A stretch of 5,638 nucleotides of DNA from a virus (taxonomy: Duplodnaviria; Heunggongvirae; Uroviricota; Caudoviricetes): IMG/VR virus record IMGVR_UViG_2639762987_000001; one strand, 5' to 3'. The stretch's first letter is position 1. Every line of letters starts with the position of its first letter. Of this stretch, positions 5,003 through 5,638 are shown piece after piece. Under the pieces are notes generated by a model that saw only the letters and a program-made list of their open reading frames with translations, made no database searches and was not told the DNA's origin. The translations under genes were made by a program, and so were the position numbers.

Positions 5003-5638
5003 TTATTCTTCGGACTGGTCGTCGGTGTGCTGCGGCTCCTGTCGTTTCGTTGCGGCACTGCTGCCTCCTTTATCACTGGCCGGATCGGTATCAAATACCA
5101 GATCCAGCTTGCGGTTTTCATCAATTTCGGCCTTGCGCCGACGTTTGACATCATCCGGATTACGACCACCAGCACGTACCCAGTCTGATTCTGTCGCCGC
5201 TCCACCACGAATCTGGATTTTCCAGGCCTCAGCCTCCTTAACAGGGTCAATCCACGGCATCACTGGTCCGGAATACACCGCGGTATACAGTGAAGAACGG
5301 TCAAGATCGCGGGGTAGCCTGATAACACCGGATGCCACAGCCTGTTTCAGCCAGGCACGATACATCGGGCGGGTGACGGCACCAATAAACCAGTCCTGCA
5401 GGATCAGGTAGCCATCAGTAGACTCAACCAGTTCCTGACGCTGGGCGCTGTAAGTGCCGTTATAGTTGCGCGCTGTACTGGAAAAACTCAGACGACTGCC
5501 CGCCGCCACGGCACGCAACTGACCATTACGAAAAGTTTCAAGGTTAGGATTGGGGCGATCCGACTTCACCATTCCGATTTCTTCGCCGGGTTTCAGATCG
5601 TCGTAAATAATGCCTGGCTGAATGGTAAGCTCGCGTTC
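5003..5638 (-). CDS. Portal protein, C-terminal part (5' end outside the window)
   Basis: I checked that the frame of ORF 5003..5572 stays open from 5572 to the window edge (hand translation ERELTIQPGIIYDDLKPGEEIG-MVKSD...), so the gene is 5'-truncated by the window. It ends in an acidic tail (...QEPQHTDDQSEE). It lies immediately upstream of the prohead protease, the conserved portal position. Stop TAA at 5003-5005. Identity rests on synteny rather than recognised motifs. Confidence 0.72.
   Translation of the reverse strand, partial: ERELTIQPGIIYDDLKPGEEIGMVKSDRPNPNLETFRNGQLRAVAAGSRLSFSSTARNYNGTYSAQRQELVESTDGYLILQDWFIGAVTRPMYRAWLKQAVASGVIRLPRDLDRSSLYTAVYSGPVMPWIDPVKEAEAWKIQIRGGAATESDWVRAGGRNPDDVKRRRKAEIDENRKLDLVFDTDPASDKGGSSAATKRQEPQHTDDQSEE

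Noticed and set aside
4990-5250. Upstream extension of the protease ORF to the start at 5250 (MTLLRRLRPG...)
   Set aside because: It would overlap 250 nt of the portal gene in a different frame. The ClpP-like conserved core begins right after the ATG at 4989, which is 14 nt past the portal stop.
366-5411. All plus-strand ORFs in the track (366..575, 880..1245, 956..1351, 1431..1826, 1860..2339, 2075..2308, 2409..2729, 2680..3075, 2855..3217, 3486..4070, 4238..4459, 4861..5148, 5025..5411)
   Set aside because: Each lies antisense to a minus-strand gene with clear phage-protein similarity or synteny. Their translations are low-complexity, Arg/Cys/His-rich and several read through N-runs. No independent RBS or homology support.
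1-5638. Possibility of a defence system, toxin-antitoxin, CRISPR array, tRNA/attachment site or other novel cargo in this window
   Set aside because: Every stretch outside the N-runs is accounted for by tightly packed structural genes of recognisable phage families. There are no repeat-spacer arrays, no tRNA-like structures, no uncharacterised intergenic islands and no composition break that I can see. Only the masked Ns (174 nt in total) could hide anything, and they are too short for a gene system.

Overview
The whole window is one co-directional block of bacteriophage late (virion morphogenesis) genes, all on the minus strand, most likely part of a lambdoid prophage of an enterobacterium. 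Reading along the minus strand (high to low coordinate) the order is: portal C-terminus (5638-5003), ClpP-like prohead protease with a C-terminal extension (4989-4186), HK97-fold major capsid protein (4148-3129), a small DUF2190-like protein (3042-2719), then a lambda-like head-tail joining and tail module: FII-like (2726 into an N-run), Z-like (N-run to 2051), U-like tail terminator (2054-1653), V-like major tail protein (1641-898), G-like tail assembly chaperone (840-451), the T frame reached by a -1 frameshift (about 475-113) and the start of the tape measure protein (141-1, runs off the window). The tail proteins can be matched by eye to phage lambda gpFII, gpZ, gpU, gpV, gpG and gpH from recalled sequences; the head genes (ClpP-type protease, non-lambda-E capsid, DUF2190 protein) are not lambda-like, so the block looks mosaic. 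Two intrinsic-terminator-like hairpins sit directly after the capsid gene and the major tail gene. Three runs of N (2183-2258, 2414-2484, 4191-4217) interrupt the Z gene, the FII/Z junction and the protease/capsid junction, and ORF-track calls that read through them are not trustworthy. All plus-strand ORFs in the track are antisense shadows of these genes. I see no CRISPR array, RNA gene, transposase, toxin or defence-type gene and no evidence of a novel system: this is a conserved structural operon, and the interesting points are its mosaicism, the recoding site and the internal terminators.
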